Below, piece after piece: positions 46,396-47,875 of a DNA stretch of 47,875 bases (positions are counted from its first letter, which is position 1; every line of letters begins with the position of its first letter). This stretch comes from an uncultured Planctomycetota bacterium. Its GTDB lineage: Bacteria; Planctomycetota; Planctomycetia; Pirellulales; Thermoguttaceae. A program made the translations under genes and the position numbers. The notes below the pieces were generated by a model. The model ran no database searches. It saw only the letters and a program-made list of their open reading frames with translations, and was not told the DNA's origin. Where the stretch lies: contig CACXFR010000197.1 of NCBI GenBank assembly GCA_902766935.1, forward strand, positions 1 to 47,875, in the 5' to 3' direction.

Positions 46396-47871
46396 TTAAA
46401 TTTCCTGCACTTTGTCCGCGGCGACGTGGTCTTCGAGGTTCGGACGGAAGAAGGTCAGAATCAGCAGGGGGAGGTACCACCCCATATAGAGCCCGCCGAG
46501 GTTCCCCATCCAGAACTGAACGCCGAGCATCAGAAGCGCCGACGAGGCGATCAGGGCGGCGAGGTTCTTCTGCGGCGGCCAGAGAAGGAATCCGAAGCAG
46601 ACCGCCAGATAGAGGGCGATGATCGGAATGCGGTAGTAGGTCGGAACCGAGGCCCACAGACCGGTCGGGGTCGCCAGGCAGAAGGCGTGCCGGCCGAACA
46701 TCGAGGCGAGGAGTTCCGGATAGGAGCCGTACTCGCTCGGCGCGAACATCAGGAGGATCCCCATCAGGAGAACCGCCGTCACAACCCCGATCAGAAACCG
46801 GTGCAGCCCCCGCTTCAGGTAAAAACTGCACCAGAGGGGAATCAGGAAGAAGGGGTAGAAGACGAGCGAACCGGCCAGACCGACCAGGAACCCGCTGAAG
46901 ATCGGCCGGCAGTAGATCGCCACCGCCAGAACCAGACACATTCCGGGCAGGACGTTCTCGAGATTCCCCGGCATCTGGTTCACGAAGGGGAGGAGAAGAT
47001 AGATCATCGCGGCGGCCAGCCCCATTTTGAGGTTGCCGAAATGGCAATGACCGACCGCGATCAGTCCCCAGACGACGCCGAACTGCGCCAGCAGAACGAA
47101 CGCGATCAGAAAGAACTCGTCGAGCGCCGGCGTTCGGTCGTCCCTTCCGTCGGAACCGGGGGAATGGGTCCGGTTGTAGTCCTCGACCGTCGGGCGGCGG
47201 GGCGCCTGGGCAGAACCCGTCCCGGAGTTTTCACCCGAAAGGGAGGTGAACTTCATCGAAATCACGCCGGTCAGAAACGGCGCCTCCCCGTCGGGAAAAA
47301 CAATCGGCACGGAATGCGCGAACGCCGAAGTCGTCAGACGGGAGAGAATTTCATCCTGAATATCGTTCGATGGGAGAAGGATCTTCTCGGCTTTTCGGCT
47401 CAGCATATAGAAGGGGCGGTATCCCGGATTCTCCATCACGGGATCGGGTTTCCCCTTCCGAAGGTCGCTGACCATCTGCGTGGTGAGCAGCTGTTCGAGC
47501 CGGATCGTGCGCGCGGTTTCGACGCGCTCCCCCCGGTTGAGCAGAAGGTTCGGAACGAAAAACATAATCAGCATCACCAGCGAAAAGACGACGCCCGAAG
47601 TGGTCAGATTCGGGTCGAGGAGTGGACGGTGAACCATAAACAGGTCGACGATCAGCCGACAGAAGAAGATCAACCCCATCACATGAATCCAGAGGAACCC
47701 GGTCTGAGGCCGCCCCATTGAAATGAAGAGGAGCCCCGGCGTGAAGAGGATCAGGGTGACGATATCGAAGTTGCGGGCCGAAAAGAATCGGCTGAATCGG
47801 AAGACGGTCGCCAGGATCATGATGGAAGAGAGATAGAACCATGTGGTCGGCAACATCTCATATTGGAACAA
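46396..47871 (-). CDS. Hypothetical polytopic inner-membrane protein with central soluble insert
   Basis: At least 10 hydrophobic segments, with a hydrophilic insert of about 130 aa (RGERVETARTIRLEQ...GRDDRTPALDE). Its stop is 1 nt from the ATG of the M24 peptidase gene. Confidence 0.6.
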   Translation of the reverse strand: MFQYEMLPTTWFYLSSIMILATVFRFSRFFSARNFDIVTLILFTPGLLFISMGRPQTGFLWIHVMGLIFFCRLIVDLFMVHRPLLDPNLTTSGVVFSLVMLIMFFVPNLLLNRGERVETARTIRLEQLLTTQMVSDLRKGKPDPVMENPGYRPFYMLSRKAEKILLPSNDIQDEILSRLTTSAFAHSVPIVFPDGEAPFLTGVISMKFTSLSGENSGTGSAQAPRRPTVEDYNRTHSPGSDGRDDRTPALDEFFLIAFVLLAQFGVVWGLIAVGHCHFGNLKMGLAAAMIYLLLPFVNQMPGNLENVLPGMCLVLAVAIYCRPIFSGFLVGLAGSLVFYPFFLIPLWCSFYLKRGLHRFLIGVVTAVLLMGILLMFAPSEYGSYPELLASMFGRHAFCLATPTGLWASVPTYYRIPIIALYLAVCFGFLLWPPQKNLAALIASSALLMLGVQFWMGNLGGLYMGWYLPLLILTFFRPNLEDHVAADKVQEI

Positions 47872-47875
47872 TGAG

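Overview
GC-rich bacterial chromosomal window. Gene content and protein style suggest a Planctomycetota/PVC-type genome, but that is an inference, not a computed classification. It is densely packed with core housekeeping genes on both strands. These are rsmH; a PurS-PurL fusion plus purQ; metG, priA, tyrS, rpiB, def, glgC and mraZ; an ffh-rpsP-trmD-rplS cluster; glyA and infA; a phosphohexomutase and an M24 peptidase. There are also two tRNAs, Pro-UGG and Asp-GUC. Lineage-specific or accessory-looking genes are interspersed. They include a 1016-aa acidic, single-TM protein ending in a LysM domain directly downstream of rsmH, a BRCT-MerR-TPR regulator, an AMMECR1-MEMO fusion, a MacB-like ABC pair plus a DUF3299 protein, a PSP1/RicT-like protein, a solitary gamma-class N6-adenine DNA methyltransferase, a CE15 glucuronoyl esterase, and TPR, VWA and orphan membrane proteins. 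I found no rRNA, CRISPR array, transposase, integrase, prophage or recognisable defence island. Most long R/G/P-rich ORFs in the track are antisense shadow ORFs typical of high-GC DNA. The observations most worth follow-up are these. (1) glyA carries one in-frame TAA exactly at the conserved Tyr codon of the TNKYAEGYP motif. (2) The head of the dcw cluster is dismantled: rsmH is followed by an FtsN-like-architecture LysM protein instead of ftsL/ftsI. (3) mraZ sits alone about 32 kb away on the other strand, preceded by two 19-bp direct repeats with TGGG cores. (4) There is an apparently orphan DNA methyltransferase. (5) There are several unusual domain fusions. I cannot honestly point to a clear, self-contained novel multi-gene system; all functional interpretations below are hypotheses.
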